From Fimicolochytrium jonesii (Eukaryota): a stretch of 64,000 nucleotides of DNA. Positions 27,518 to 37,859 of this stretch are shown piece by piece. How positions within the stretch are numbered: position 1 is the first letter of the stretch; each line of letters begins with the position of its first letter. Both the position numbers and the translations under genes were made by a program. The notes under the pieces are model-generated. The model searched no databases, was not told where the DNA came from, and worked only from the letters and a program-made list of their open reading frames with translations. The DNA lies in contig NW_026515670.1 in assembly GCF_025526975.1 (NCBI RefSeq), forward strand, positions 1,178,001 through 1,242,000, written 5' to 3'.

Positions 27518-27834
27518 CTATGCAGAAACAGGCTCAACGGGCTTCCCAGACTTTTTGATCGCGTCGAACACCTCCTGCTGCGTCAGGGAGTCGGATTTGA
27601 CGATGACGGTCTGGTTTTCGAGTGAGATATCGAACGAGTTGACACCTGCGGTCTGGGAAGATTTGGACATGAGTGGTTGTCAGAATGCAATCACGTCACT
27701 AGCTCCAACGCCGAAGTACAAGCTCCGACCCCGTCGGGCTCCCTCTTTACCTTGGTCAAAATGCGGTTCACAGCGCCGCTGCATCCAGAGCATGTCATGC
27801 CGACCTTGAACGTGTAAGTTTGCGGTTCGCCCAT
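27518..27834 (-). CDS. ATX1: Copper chaperone Atx1 (HMA domain), two coding exons; not in the ORF track
   Basis: Spliced translation MGEPQTYTFKVGMTCSGCSGAVNRILTK|TAGVNSFDISLENQTVIVKSDSLTQQEVFDAIKKSGKPVEPVSA* contains MTCxxC and the C-terminal KKSGK. Confidence 0.93.
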
Positions 27835-28493
27835 CTTGAATTCGTTTTTCTTTTGAGAGTGAAGGAGAGTAGGCGCGGGCTGCTGCGGAAAGAAACGGAC
27901 GAGTAAGTGATGAGAGAAAAGGTACAGCGCAGTGATAGCCTGAGGAGGATGTTGGGGGACTTACAGGTTAGAGACGTTTTGGGGGGTCTTTATATGCGGG
28001 ACTGGGTGAGGGAGATTTGCGGCAAGGTGCACTCGGGAATGGTCGAAGATGACCAATGCCTTCCAGTTTGATTTGACAGCGACAGCGGATTAGTAAGCGT
28101 GTCGGAGTGGCAAGTGCAAAAATGATGCATAAACTGGCACAAAGTAGGGAAGTGGAGTGATGCTTTTGAGCTAAAATTCCCATCTATGATTTCGGTGCAA
28201 GCCGGAAGCGAAAGTGTTTCCGGCGGCCCGCTCAACACATGACTGGAGCCCGCAACATCGCCATCAATGGTTTTAAGGCACATACTGCACATTAACGTTC
28301 GACCAAGTACTAATCTAGGAATCTCCCACCACCAATGTTCTATTACGCGTCCAACTCAAAAAAGCGAGGCGTGGACAAGTCTGAATGGCTTCACCTTCCC
28401 TCGCTCCTAAAAGACTATTATTGATATTGATAGCGAAACCCCAAAAAGAATAAACGGAAAAACAGGATCACGCCTCAATAGTTCAAACCCCTC

Positions 28494-31123
28494 TCACGCC
28501 AGGAAAACACAGTCCAGTAGCTCATCTATCTTCACAGGCTTGCTCAGGAAATCGTCAAACAGGCCATTGTCCAGACACTCCTGCTTGACGTCGCTAAGGG
28601 CGTGGGCTGTCAGTGCCATGATACGCGTTCGGGTGGCGTGAGGGCGGCGGTGAGAGTCGCGAGAGGGTGGTGGTGAGGGGACGATTGTCACGTTTCCTTT
28701 TGAGTGAGAATAATTGACCTCGTCTGCAAACCTCTTGTCGTCGGTGTTGGTTCGCGAGATGGGCCGCATGGTCGACGCGAGAGTCGATGCGCGTCGAGGC
28801 GAATGCGTCGCCATAGTACTGTGCTTTGTGTCCTCTAACGCCTTCTGCTGAAGACCAGCCTCCAATTCGCGAATCAACCTCGTAGCCTCCACCCCACCCA
28901 TCTTTGGCATCGACAAATCCATCAGAATAACGTCGAAAGGATGCCAACCACCATCCTTTGACTTTGTCGAGTCGCTAGGCGTCCACCCCTGTTGGAAGCA
29001 CTTAACAGCTTCAATACCATCCGACGCAGTCGTGACGTGCGCCCCAGCCTTGATTAGCATCCGTGTGGCGAGTTTCTGGTTCAGCGGGTTGTCTTCTACT
29101 AACAGGACTCTCAGCTGCTGTTTCTGCTGCACCAGTGGTTGGTCCGCTGAGAGAATATCCATAGCGTCGTCCCCGAGATCCACAGCGCTTTCCCGGCAGC
29201 GCATGATCCATTTACTGGGGCTAGGTGTCCGTGGTCGTGTCCCGCCTGCATGCTGATCCGCTCGCCGCAACGCATTCTCCCTCTCTTCGACAACCAGGTC
29301 AATGTACCCCAGCACGCTCAACTCAAACACCGACCCGACCCCCTCGGTGCTTTCGACTTTAATGTCGCCGCCCATCATGACCGCGAGGTTCTTCGCGATC
29401 GCTAGACCCAGACCTGTTCCGCCAAACTTCGTGTTTGTTTCGGCGCTGCCTTGCGTGAAGGGCGTGAAGAGGGTTGGCGGAACGTGTGGGGCCATGCCCA
29501 CACCCGTGTCGATGATGCGGGCTATGAGCATTGCTGGGATCTGTGTTGGCGGGTGGTCCGGGACTGCTGTTGGCGTGGAGGGAGCGGAGTGTGATGATGC
29601 GGAGGGTGTTGCCACTGAAGGCGCTGAAGATGTGGAGGTGTTGGATCGTGTCAATGGCTTTGTGGAGTCAGTGCACATCGCAGGACCTTGCGCCATTCCT
29701 TGCGACGGGACATCGCCCGCAATATTCCGTTGTATCCGGATCTCGGCAGCCACCCCACCAACATCGGTGAACTTCACGCCATTCCCTAGTAGGTTCAAGA
29801 TACACTGCCGCCACCGCGCCGCATCGATCCCAAACAAAAATCTCGGAACGTCCTCCTCACAATGCCACCTCAGCTCCAACCCTTTGCTTTTCGCTTTGTT
29901 GCTCACGACCGTGATGCACTCCGAGACGCTGGCGCGGATATCGCACGGTCGCTTCGAGTCAATGTCCAGGGTGAGTTTTCCCGCCTCGATTTTGGCGAGG
30001 TCCAGGACGCCGGAGACAAGGTCGAGGAGGGCGTCGGAGCAGATTCGGATGGATGTGATGAGGTCGTGTTGATCCGCGGTCAGCGTCGTGTCTTCAAGAA
30101 GTGCGATGGCGGAGCTGATCCCGTGAAGTGGGGTTCGAATTTCATGGCTGCATTCACAACGAATTTCCAGTTAGCCTTCGCATGTTATTGAGCGACTCTT
30201 GGAAGCTCGCTTGAACACACCTCATGTTCGCAAGGAACCTCCCCTTCGCGACGGTCGCCGCGGTAGCCATCGTTAAAGCATCGTCCAACTTCACATTCTG
30301 CACTTTGACGGTATCCAAAGCCTTCTTCAAATCCGTAGTATCCTCGCAAATGAAGAAATAGCAGCCCTTGAATCTTCCTTCCTTAATGACATCCAGGTGT
30401 GTCTGCAAGAACCGCTGGTTGACCCCATCGCTAGAATACGGCGTCTCAAAGATCTGCGGTGTGTTCTCGTTCAATGCGGTAAGGTATGTGTTTCGCCAGA
30501 ACTGAACGGCTCCAGGGGTGTAGCTGAAATCCTTTCGGGCCCACTTTTGACAGTAGGCGGGCCAGTCGGGCGTTTTGAACTTGCCAAGGACGAAGGCTTT
30601 GTTGACGTAGTGGAAGCAGAGGTCTGTAGGGGTGGGATAAGGTGTCCTGTTAAGAGGACCGGGTAAGTCGGTCGGTCTTGAAGTCACCTTCTCAGGGCAT
30701 TCCACTATCCCGGCAAGCTGACCTCAACTCGATCTCAGTGGGAGTCTCCACATGCCCTCTAGCGGCATCGTCAATCCCCTCCCTCCTCGTCTCCTCGTTC
30801 GCCTCCTCCGTCCATTCCGCATCCCCAAACGAGCATATTCCCATACACTGTTTGGAGCTATGAACCAGTATCCCCAACAGCTCGTGCTCGACGTGGATAA
30901 TCTCATGTTGCTGTTTCAGCGCATCCAACTCGGCTTTCAGCCGGTCGACTTCGAGGGTGAGTGCGTGGACCTTTGCCGAGTCCGTCGAGCCATTGTCGTT
31001 GGCGATGCTGTGTTTGCGAGTTCTGTAGTTGCCCTTTGTCGTAGTGGGATGAGTGGGAGACACCTCATCGACGGAAGTTTGACAGCAGCGCGGGCAGGAA
31101 CGGGTGCATTCCTCGTGCGCCAT
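28494..31123 (-). CDS. Hybrid sensor histidine kinase (coiled coil / PAS-like, HisKA, HATPase, receiver); 5' end approximate
   Basis: H-box FLANM|SHEIRTPLHG split by an intron (~30152-30222), N-box NLLGNGVKFT, DTGVGM and GGTGLGLAI. Receiver motifs VLLVEDNPLNQ, DVILMDLSMP, ALTAHA and FLSKP. Confidence 0.92.
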
Positions 31124-31314
31124 CCTTCGAGAAAGACAACGGTGGTCGTGGATAACTTACTGTGGTACTCCTTCGTTGGCGGGCACAAGGAAGTGCAGGG
31201 CAGCAATAAAAGGGGACGCCTGCCTTGGCGTGAAGTTCACCCGGAATTCGTCAGCTATCGGTGATGTGTCCCAAAATTGGGTACACGCTGGGTGAAACCG
31301 AGAAAAAAGAGTTG

Positions 31315-31396
31315 TACACGCTGTGAGGTTCGAACTCACGCCTCCGAAGAGAACAGCACCTGAAGCTGCCGCCTTAGACCGCTCGGCCAAACGTGC
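31315..31396 (-). tRNA. tRNA-Leu(CAG)
   Basis: Reverse complement folds as GCACGTT / D arm / GCAGC-TTCAGGT-GCTGT / long variable arm / GTGAG-TTCGAAC-CTCAC / AGCGTGT-A. A T-run terminator lies at ~31303-31308. Confidence 0.95.
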
Positions 31397-31502
31397 TTGT
31401 TGTATTCTGGTTTGCTGTAAATTTTTAGACAGCTAACATAGAGAATGGGCATTGGCCTCAAACCGCATGTGTGCTGGGGAAACTTGACGGCATGCAAGAA
31501 AG

Positions 31503-31585
31503 TACACACTGTGAGGTTCCAAACTCACGCCTCCGAAGGGAACAGCACCTGAAGCTGCCACCTGAGACCGCTCGGCCAAACGTGC
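31503..31585 (-). pseudogene. Degenerate tandem copy of tRNA-Leu(CAG)
   Basis: Near-identical to 31315-31396, but the T loop reads TTTGGAAC (B box broken) and there are D-arm and acceptor-stem substitutions. Confidence 0.85.
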
Positions 31586-31935
31586 TTGTTGGACTTAGCA
31601 TCCCTTGTAACTGTAATATCATTTCTTGCCGCAGATGTGAGTTTCAAAACTTCTAGCACTTCTGTCCGTTTCTTTTTTGTTTTCCCCTTCGTAGACACTC
31701 ACCAGGGATACGTAGTCATTGGAAACTTCCTTCAAATCGCATACGTGTAGACCAGTTGATGATGGGCATACAGTAGGGACAGCTACGTATGAAGCGGCAA
31801 GGTTCTGACGCACCTGGGAGCGTAACACAATGCGGTGGTCTGTGCATCCCACAACCGCTGTCCATCTCGCTGCTGATTGTTGTATTAAGTCTGCAATAAG
31901 TCTGCAATAAAAGGTTGTGCGCGGGAATTGTACAG

Positions 31936-32258
31936 TACTACGCGTTACCCTCTACGTATCCCTCACACACCACCTACAAACCCTCGCATCATCACTATCC
32001 ATCCAGATTCCGAGCGGACCGTAGGGCAATCCTCGATTACACAACACGGTTGGTTCCATTTTGCCTATACGACTTGGCGCTGACGGACTGAAGTGCAATA
32101 CCGTATCAATAGATACGTCTTGCTGGTTGTATTCCGACGCGTTTTCTGCCCCTATGTACATCCCTACGCCGCTACGGTATCGTCCCCTCGGGAACTCTAC
32201 TACGCGTTACCCTCAGGTATTCCTCACACACCACCTCCAAACCCTCGCATCATCACTA
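31936..32258. repeat. Direct repeat (~62 bp) duplicating the 3' end of the EED-like gene
   Basis: 31936-31997 matches 32198-32258. The copies encode SDDARVCRWCVRDT* and SDDARVWRWCVRNT* on the minus strand. Confidence 0.9.
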
Positions 32259-35047
32259 ACGCCCACCAGCTCCTCATCCCCCACAAAACACAACGACCGA
32301 ATCTGCGCCTTGCACGAGGCCGCCGCAGCCGTCTGAACGCGGAACTTCAACGACGGCGCCGCCCATTCCTGCACATTCTCGTCCAGCCACAAGTCCTCGA
32401 ACGTCGGCTGTTCATTGCTTCCCCCACCACCATCACCATTGGTGGTATGGATCATGCTCGTGACACTCTTCCGCTTCTTCTTCTTGCTTTTGGAAAGACT
32501 CGCCAGCCCGCCGTTGTACGCGTTCGCGTAGTGGTCCATGACTTTGACCACGTCCCAGATGAAAACTTCGCCTTTGTGGTTGCCGACGGCGAGGTACCGG
32601 CCCGATGGGGAGATGTCGGCGCGAACGAACCAGAGCATGTGGTCGCCTGGTGTTTCGTAGGGGAGGAGGAAGAGGTACAGGAGCTCGGCGCTGAAGTGGG
32701 CGTAGATGTAAGGGGGGATTGAGTGTTTCGGTTGTGGCGGGGGTATCGGTGATAATTCTGCGTCGGCGGCGGATGGTGGTGGCGCGGGTATGACAGTCGG
32801 TTCCCTCGGCGGTAAATGATCCAACTCGAACTGAAAGGCCTTGACGCATCCTTGCACCGATTTCGCAAACACTGTCCGCCCATCAACCCAGAACTTCAGC
32901 CAGTCGATATGGTCATGAAATACCCAAGGGGTACTGACGAGCGGGACGTACTCCCTAGCCACGGGAGGGATCCGCTCCTCTGTTTCCAATTCGATTGAGG
33001 CCGGTTGCCCCGTGAAGGAGTACTCCATCGCATTCCTGATCGCCTCCGTGTCCGCGTCCCATAAACGCACCGTCCCGTCTGATTCGCCCGTCACTAACCG
33101 TTTCCCATCCGGGCTCCACGCCACGCTGAGCACGCCGCTACGCTGATACTCCGTCGCACACAAAAAAATCGCGACCAAATGGCCCGTTTTCCCGTTATAT
33201 ATCCTCGTTGTATAATCATCTGATGCAACAGCGAAAAAGATGGGGTTGGTCGGATGCACGTGAATATGATGTACATCTGCCCCTGGGCCCGCGACATGTC
33301 TATACGTTCCATCGGAGACGCAGGCGACTATCAGGAACCCGCTCCAGCCACCGGCTGCGAGGTAAGTTGTGTTGGTCGTGCGGTCAAACAGAAACTCGCA
33401 GCAGAGAACATCGGGCGGGTCCCTGCCTTCCCAGAGCTCCTTGAGTGGTATATCGGACAGGGGTGTGTTCTCGGACAGGTCCCAGCCGATGAGGCGGAGG
33501 AGCTTCCCGTCACCCATTTTGGCGGACGAGGACCAAACGCTGAGCTTCCCACATCCCGCTACAGCTATCACCGTCGGGGTGTGCGTGCCGCCCACTGTCG
33601 TAACGGGGCTGACAAATTGACTGGCGCAGACGTCGTAGAGCTTGTCACTGCGAAGCGCTCTGGTTCTTTTATTGTGTTCGGTAATACCCACGAACCGTCG
33701 GCGAATCGGGAAGCTCTCCGCGAGATGGAATTTCGGCACAGGCGGCATGGGTATCGTCGCACTAGTACGAGCGTTGTCTGCATCATTGTTGCCGTTGTCC
33801 TCGCACATATCGAGGTACTCAATGGAATGCTTATATCCCTTGAGTCGGCGTCCGGAGCCCGGGAATGATGAGGATCTACGCTGCGAAGAGTTGATCTGTG
33901 ATGATACACCTCCGATCGCATTACCAGGTGGGCTGAAGTATTCATCGATCAGTTTCTGGCTGGTCCGTGTGGTCGTCGGCGTGATCTTCCCTAATGACGA
34001 TCGTTTGGTGGGTGTTGTGGGATTCGCGCGAGAAGGCGGTGGTGCAGTGGAAGCTGATGCTACTGGCTGTTGCGACACTTTTGATGGCCGTGGTACCTGT
34101 GATGTTTGTCGTGCTTGTGACAACGCATGGGGACCCGTCCGTGGCCTTCGCGGTAGAGATGGTGGTTTTGCGGGCGGAAGCGTCGGACTCGACGAAGCTG
34201 TCTCCGCCCTCCGCGCCTTGTTGATCGAGGAAGCTATGATTGCCTTCAGATTAGGAAGCACGTCCTCGTCTTCCGAATCAGAATCCAATGAAATGTCCTC
34301 CAACGGCGGAAAGGACGAAGGTATGTCACTCGATCGTCGCGCTTCCTGCGTCGACGCTGTAGGCCGGGGTGGGAAAGGCGCCGACAGTCGCGACCGAGAT
34401 TCTCCCATGTAGTTCGGTAGACCGATCGTCAGTAATTTGGCGCCCGGGAGGAGCCCGCTCCGGTTACTGAGTAGACTCTCGTCCAGACATGATTTCCGAA
34501 GATGGATATCGGAACGGGGGATTAATCGCCTCTTCTTGACCGACGTCCCGGATGCCTGGGTTTCGTTTAGATGATCATCTGGTGGAGGTATTGTTGAGCT
34601 CGGCTCCGTTGGATTTGCCGTAGTTGCCGGTCCCGACCCGCGTGCGGGGTGGATATCGCTGCCGCCGTTAACAGAAGGCTGCCCGTTAATCCTCCTCGGC
34701 TTCTTCCGTGCAATATTCTTCTCCCCCTCCCCAACCCCCTCCCTCGCCCTCTTCGCAATAGTTAGCGGCGGGTCCGCCGCGACGCTAGCCCCTGCCTTCA
34801 CAGTGGCGTGCTCTCCATCCTTTTCATCGTCCTCCCCAGCAGAGCTGATGACTATCACTTCCGCCTCGCCGCCGTTCGGCGCGTTGTCTTCACCCGACGC
34901 GCCGTTTTCAGTTGTGAGCGTCAGCGAACCATCGTTCTTTCTAGGCGAGCGAAGCGAGCCCCTGTCTTCAACCGTGAGCGACAGCGAACAATCGTTGTTA
35001 TTCGCCATAGGTGTGCCATGGATCACTTGCGCTGACACCGCCCACAT
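32213..35047 (-). CDS. Divergent Polycomb PRC2 WD40 subunit EED/ESC with long low-complexity N-terminus; intronless, start uncertain
   Basis: Segments follow EED order: YLAAGG..G, HP.NP.FFAVASDDYTTRIYN..TGHLVAIF, GVLSVAW, HDHIDWLKFW..VFAKS, WFVRADIS...LAVGNHKGEVFIWDV and IRSLCF...GVSDDARVWRW. Confidence 0.75.
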   Translation of the reverse strand: MWAVSAQVIHGTPMANNNDCSLSLTVEDRGSLRSPRKNDGSLTLTTENGASGEDNAPNGGEAEVIVISSAGEDDEKDGEHATVKAGASVAADPPLTIAKRAREGVGEGEKNIARKKPRRINGQPSVNGGSDIHPARGSGPATTANPTEPSSTIPPPDDHLNETQASGTSVKKRRLIPRSDIHLRKSCLDESLLSNRSGLLPGAKLLTIGLPNYMGESRSRLSAPFPPRPTASTQEARRSSDIPSSFPPLEDISLDSDSEDEDVLPNLKAIIASSINKARRAETASSSPTLPPAKPPSLPRRPRTGPHALSQARQTSQVPRPSKVSQQPVASASTAPPPSRANPTTPTKRSSLGKITPTTTRTSQKLIDEYFSPPGNAIGGVSSQINSSQRRSSSFPGSGRRLKGYKHSIEYLDMCEDNGNNDADNARTSATIPMPPVPKFHLAESFPIRRRFVGITEHNKRTRALRSDKLYDVCASQFVSPVTTVGGTHTPTVIAVAGCGKLSVWSSSAKMGDGKLLRLIGWDLSENTPLSDIPLKELWEGRDPPDVLCCEFLFDRTTNTTYLAAGGWSGFLIVACVSDGTYRHVAGPGADVHHIHVHPTNPIFFAVASDDYTTRIYNGKTGHLVAIFLCATEYQRSGVLSVAWSPDGKRLVTGESDGTVRLWDADTEAIRNAMEYSFTGQPASIELETEERIPPVAREYVPLVSTPWVFHDHIDWLKFWVDGRTVFAKSVQGCVKAFQFELDHLPPREPTVIPAPPPSAADAELSPIPPPQPKHSIPPYIYAHFSAELLYLFLLPYETPGDHMLWFVRADISPSGRYLAVGNHKGEVFIWDVVKVMDHYANAYNGGLASLSKSKKKKRKSVTSMIHTTNGDGGGGSNEQPTFEDLWLDENVQEWAAPSLKFRVQTAAAASCKAQIRSLCFVGDEELVGVSDDARVWRWCVRNT

Positions 35048-35496
35048 CGTATACGTAGATTCCTGTAGATGGCCCTCAAGCTCGAGGCAGTAGCAAAATG
35101 GCTGTGTCGATCTCGATGGGAGAGCGCGGTTTGTGGAATTGAGTCCTTTGCTCAGTTAACGCCCACGCCGCGCCGAGCGCAACAGTAGTTACCACGCCGC
35201 GCTTAGCGCTTTCACGATAACTCGGGCTGATTCGGAGAGGTTCTGAGAAAGTCAACACTGCTACTGCTCCATGTATGTAGGTGATGGCGTCTTTCAAACT
35301 GCGGAGGTGGCGCGAGTCGACTCCCAGTTGAGGGGTTTTCCTCTCTCCTCTCTGCTTACGCGCCTGCCAACACACGCGAACCCTCGCTCTCGGCCCCCGT
35401 TCCATCCGCTCTTCTGCCCCTCGCCGCCCGGGCCCCCCGCTGTAAAAGAACCGCGCCTACCGCTCGTCCTCTCCGCTCCCTCGTTCATCTTAACCT

Positions 35497-35540
35497 AATC
35501 CTCTACCCTCTCTATCTTATCTATCTCTCTCTCTCTCCTC
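35497..35540. repeat. CT-rich pyrimidine tract / microsatellite
   Basis: cctctaccctctctatcttatctatctctctctctctcctc, upstream of the EED-like gene. Confidence 0.7.
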
Positions 35541-36085
35541 AGGCTACGTTTCATTAAACGTCGTCCATCGTCGGCCCGAAAAGCAACTCAAGAATCAATC
35601 AATCGCGAAGCTGTTTAAAGGTATTTATAACTCTAGGAATACGGATTACCTCTCCATTCTGTCCCTTGGTTCCACTCGTCTTTCCGTTTTCCTCTCATTC
35701 CGGCATTCAACGCGTAAATGGTCCCCTTCATCGCGACATCCTCCAGCCCACGCGTCCGACAATTCCACGGGGCATCGCGCGCCCTGCTTCAGGGCTTCTG
35801 CAAATGGCTTCAGCGGGCCGCTATGGCCCTGCTTTGGGACTACCTGCGCGGTGCACCGCAAGGTATGACTGCTCTGCCCGATCACGATACGCGTAACGCG
35901 AACCTTTTTCCCACACGGCGAATGCATATCAGGAGGTGAGTGCATTGAATAACGGAGAGTGAATGCCAGTCGTTCTGCAAGAAAGTACCGGAAGCGTGAC
36001 ATGGGAGGTAAGAGTTCGTCAGGATACAAACAAAGTCGAGAAGAGAATGGCCGGGAAGCGCAACCATAATGTTGGAGGTCAGTCA

Positions 36086-36181
36086 GACGAGAACGAAAAC
36101 GAGCACAAGGACGGGGACAAGGACAAGAAGGACGGAGACGAGGACAAAAAGGACGAGGACAAGAACGAGAACAAGAACGAC
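36086..36181. repeat. Purine-rich hexamer-like low-complexity repeat (GACAAG/AACGAG/GACGAG)
   Basis: Directly visible. It reads as a D/E/K/N-rich or T/R-rich peptide, with no supported gene model. Confidence 0.7.
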
Positions 36182-36609
36182 GGCTGTGCACGCCTTTTCC
36201 GCTTCAAACCCAGGTCTCTTGAAAGAATGTTAAGCAGGGGTGGCTTCATTAGCTGAGCGTGGATTCGACGCCGACGAGTGGCATCGTCTTGGCACGGTTA
36301 CTGCCTGAAGGGAGCATAATCTTGCGGGCTGCCGGTGGGTCTGTGCGGAGTTGGAACGCATAAGCTGCGGTATTGGCTGCTGGCCTAACCCATGTTCGAC
36401 CTATGTGTGGGGCAAGTTCGCAGGCGGGGTAACAACGTCCGAGCATTCCAAGTCCATCGGAGGTGTGGTTCCCTCGTTCGCGTCCCAAAATCAACGTAAC
36501 TGACTGCGTGAATATGATGCTTCAGATTTGATTGGCTCCTCATTTCCATAATGTACATAGATAAAATCGCAGCGCAGTCATGCCTGAGGAAACTGCGAGC
36601 TGCAGGTTC

Positions 36610-37472
36610 TCATCGAGTGACATCAGCAAAACTGACACCATTCACCGACCCTCCCCGCATCGACCTAGTCACATTCTGTTCGAACTGTCGTCGGTTAGAT
36701 CGCAAAACCTCTGCTGCATCTAAGATGGAAGGGAGATCAAGCACAGGGTTTAGATTGTCGGTCGGCATGCCCAGATGATCGATGCGTGTTACGTACCCTT
36801 GTTGAGCGGATCGTCGGCATTCGGCTCCAGAAACAGGTATTGTAGCCCGACCATTATCGAGTTGATATTTAGTACTGGCTTCCAGTCTTCTCGCAGGATG
36901 TTTAGGCAGACGTTTCCTTCGAGGTCGATGTTGGGGTGGTATATCTGGAAAATAGAGGTCAATGATTTGTCAGACCGAGTGATAGAGAGAGATGACAGCC
37001 TGATGCGCACTTTCTGTGTGCACAGCACTTTTGGTGGTTCATGCGGGTAGTTGGAATTCACTTTGAAAGTGAAGGTGAAAGTACCGCCATGGTAAAATCC
37101 TAGACAGGGAGGAACAAGGAGGTGTAAGTGACGTTCCTCTGCGCAATTGTCAGAGACCTATCTCCGTAGTTTTCGGGTCTTGTGTTCCCACCTTCATCTG
37201 GCTTGATCGTTAATACAAAGTTGAAGGTATCATTTGGGTCCGGGAACGTGAGCGTCATCGTGCCGGGGATGTTGTCCATATCGCCCAAGTCTGCCAAGAA
37301 AAGTTGAAATTTAATTTATGTACGTACATTCGGAGTAAAGTCCGAAGAGATGCTTTCGACTGTGCAACGCACCTTTCTGTAATCTGATCTGTGCAGCGGT
37401 TGTCTTGGGCCGTTTGGAACTTGTCGCTTCCCCGTCCACCTTCTTCTTCTTCAATGACATAATGTTCAACAT
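36610..37472 (-). CDS. UBC12: NEDD8-conjugating E2 enzyme Ubc12, multi-exon
   Basis: N-terminus [11 protein letters not shown]...[10 protein letters not shown], active site [24 protein letters not shown], then [12 protein letters not shown]. The last exon ends [16 protein letters not shown]. Confidence 0.96.
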
Positions 37473-37859
37473 GCTGGGCAGGTGATTCTATCTATACTTT
37501 GGGATGGGCAGGCGGTTGTGGGTAGCAGTGTGAGGGTATATACTGAGTATGTAGAGTTGAGTCGCTAGCTGTGCTTGGCGGAGTTTTTCGCAGTGTGAGG
37601 GGGAGGGGGTTGTTCTCCAAAATTGGCTGAAACGAAGCTGAGAACGGAAGTTGCATCCCAAGCAGTCCCAAGCGGCCTGTGAGAGCCTCTTCCCACGACT
37701 CGACGCGAAAGGGCATTTTCGCATTTTCCCAGCCTCCACAAACATCCATCGGACGGAATCATCGTACGCACCATAAGGTGAAAGCTAACTGACTGAACGG
37801 CCTCTTCGCAAAGGTTCGTCGTCGCGGTTTAGTTCGCGCACGACCGCAACCAGTGAGCG

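Noticed and set aside
31281..31290. att-like duplication of the tRNA-Leu 3' end (GTACACGCTG)
   Set aside because: Only 10 bp, about 30 bp from the tRNA, with no integrase or inserted element between the copies.
35640..36256. Small gene between EED and UBC12
   Set aside because: Only low-complexity frames and isolated splice-like signals; no coherent model could be built.
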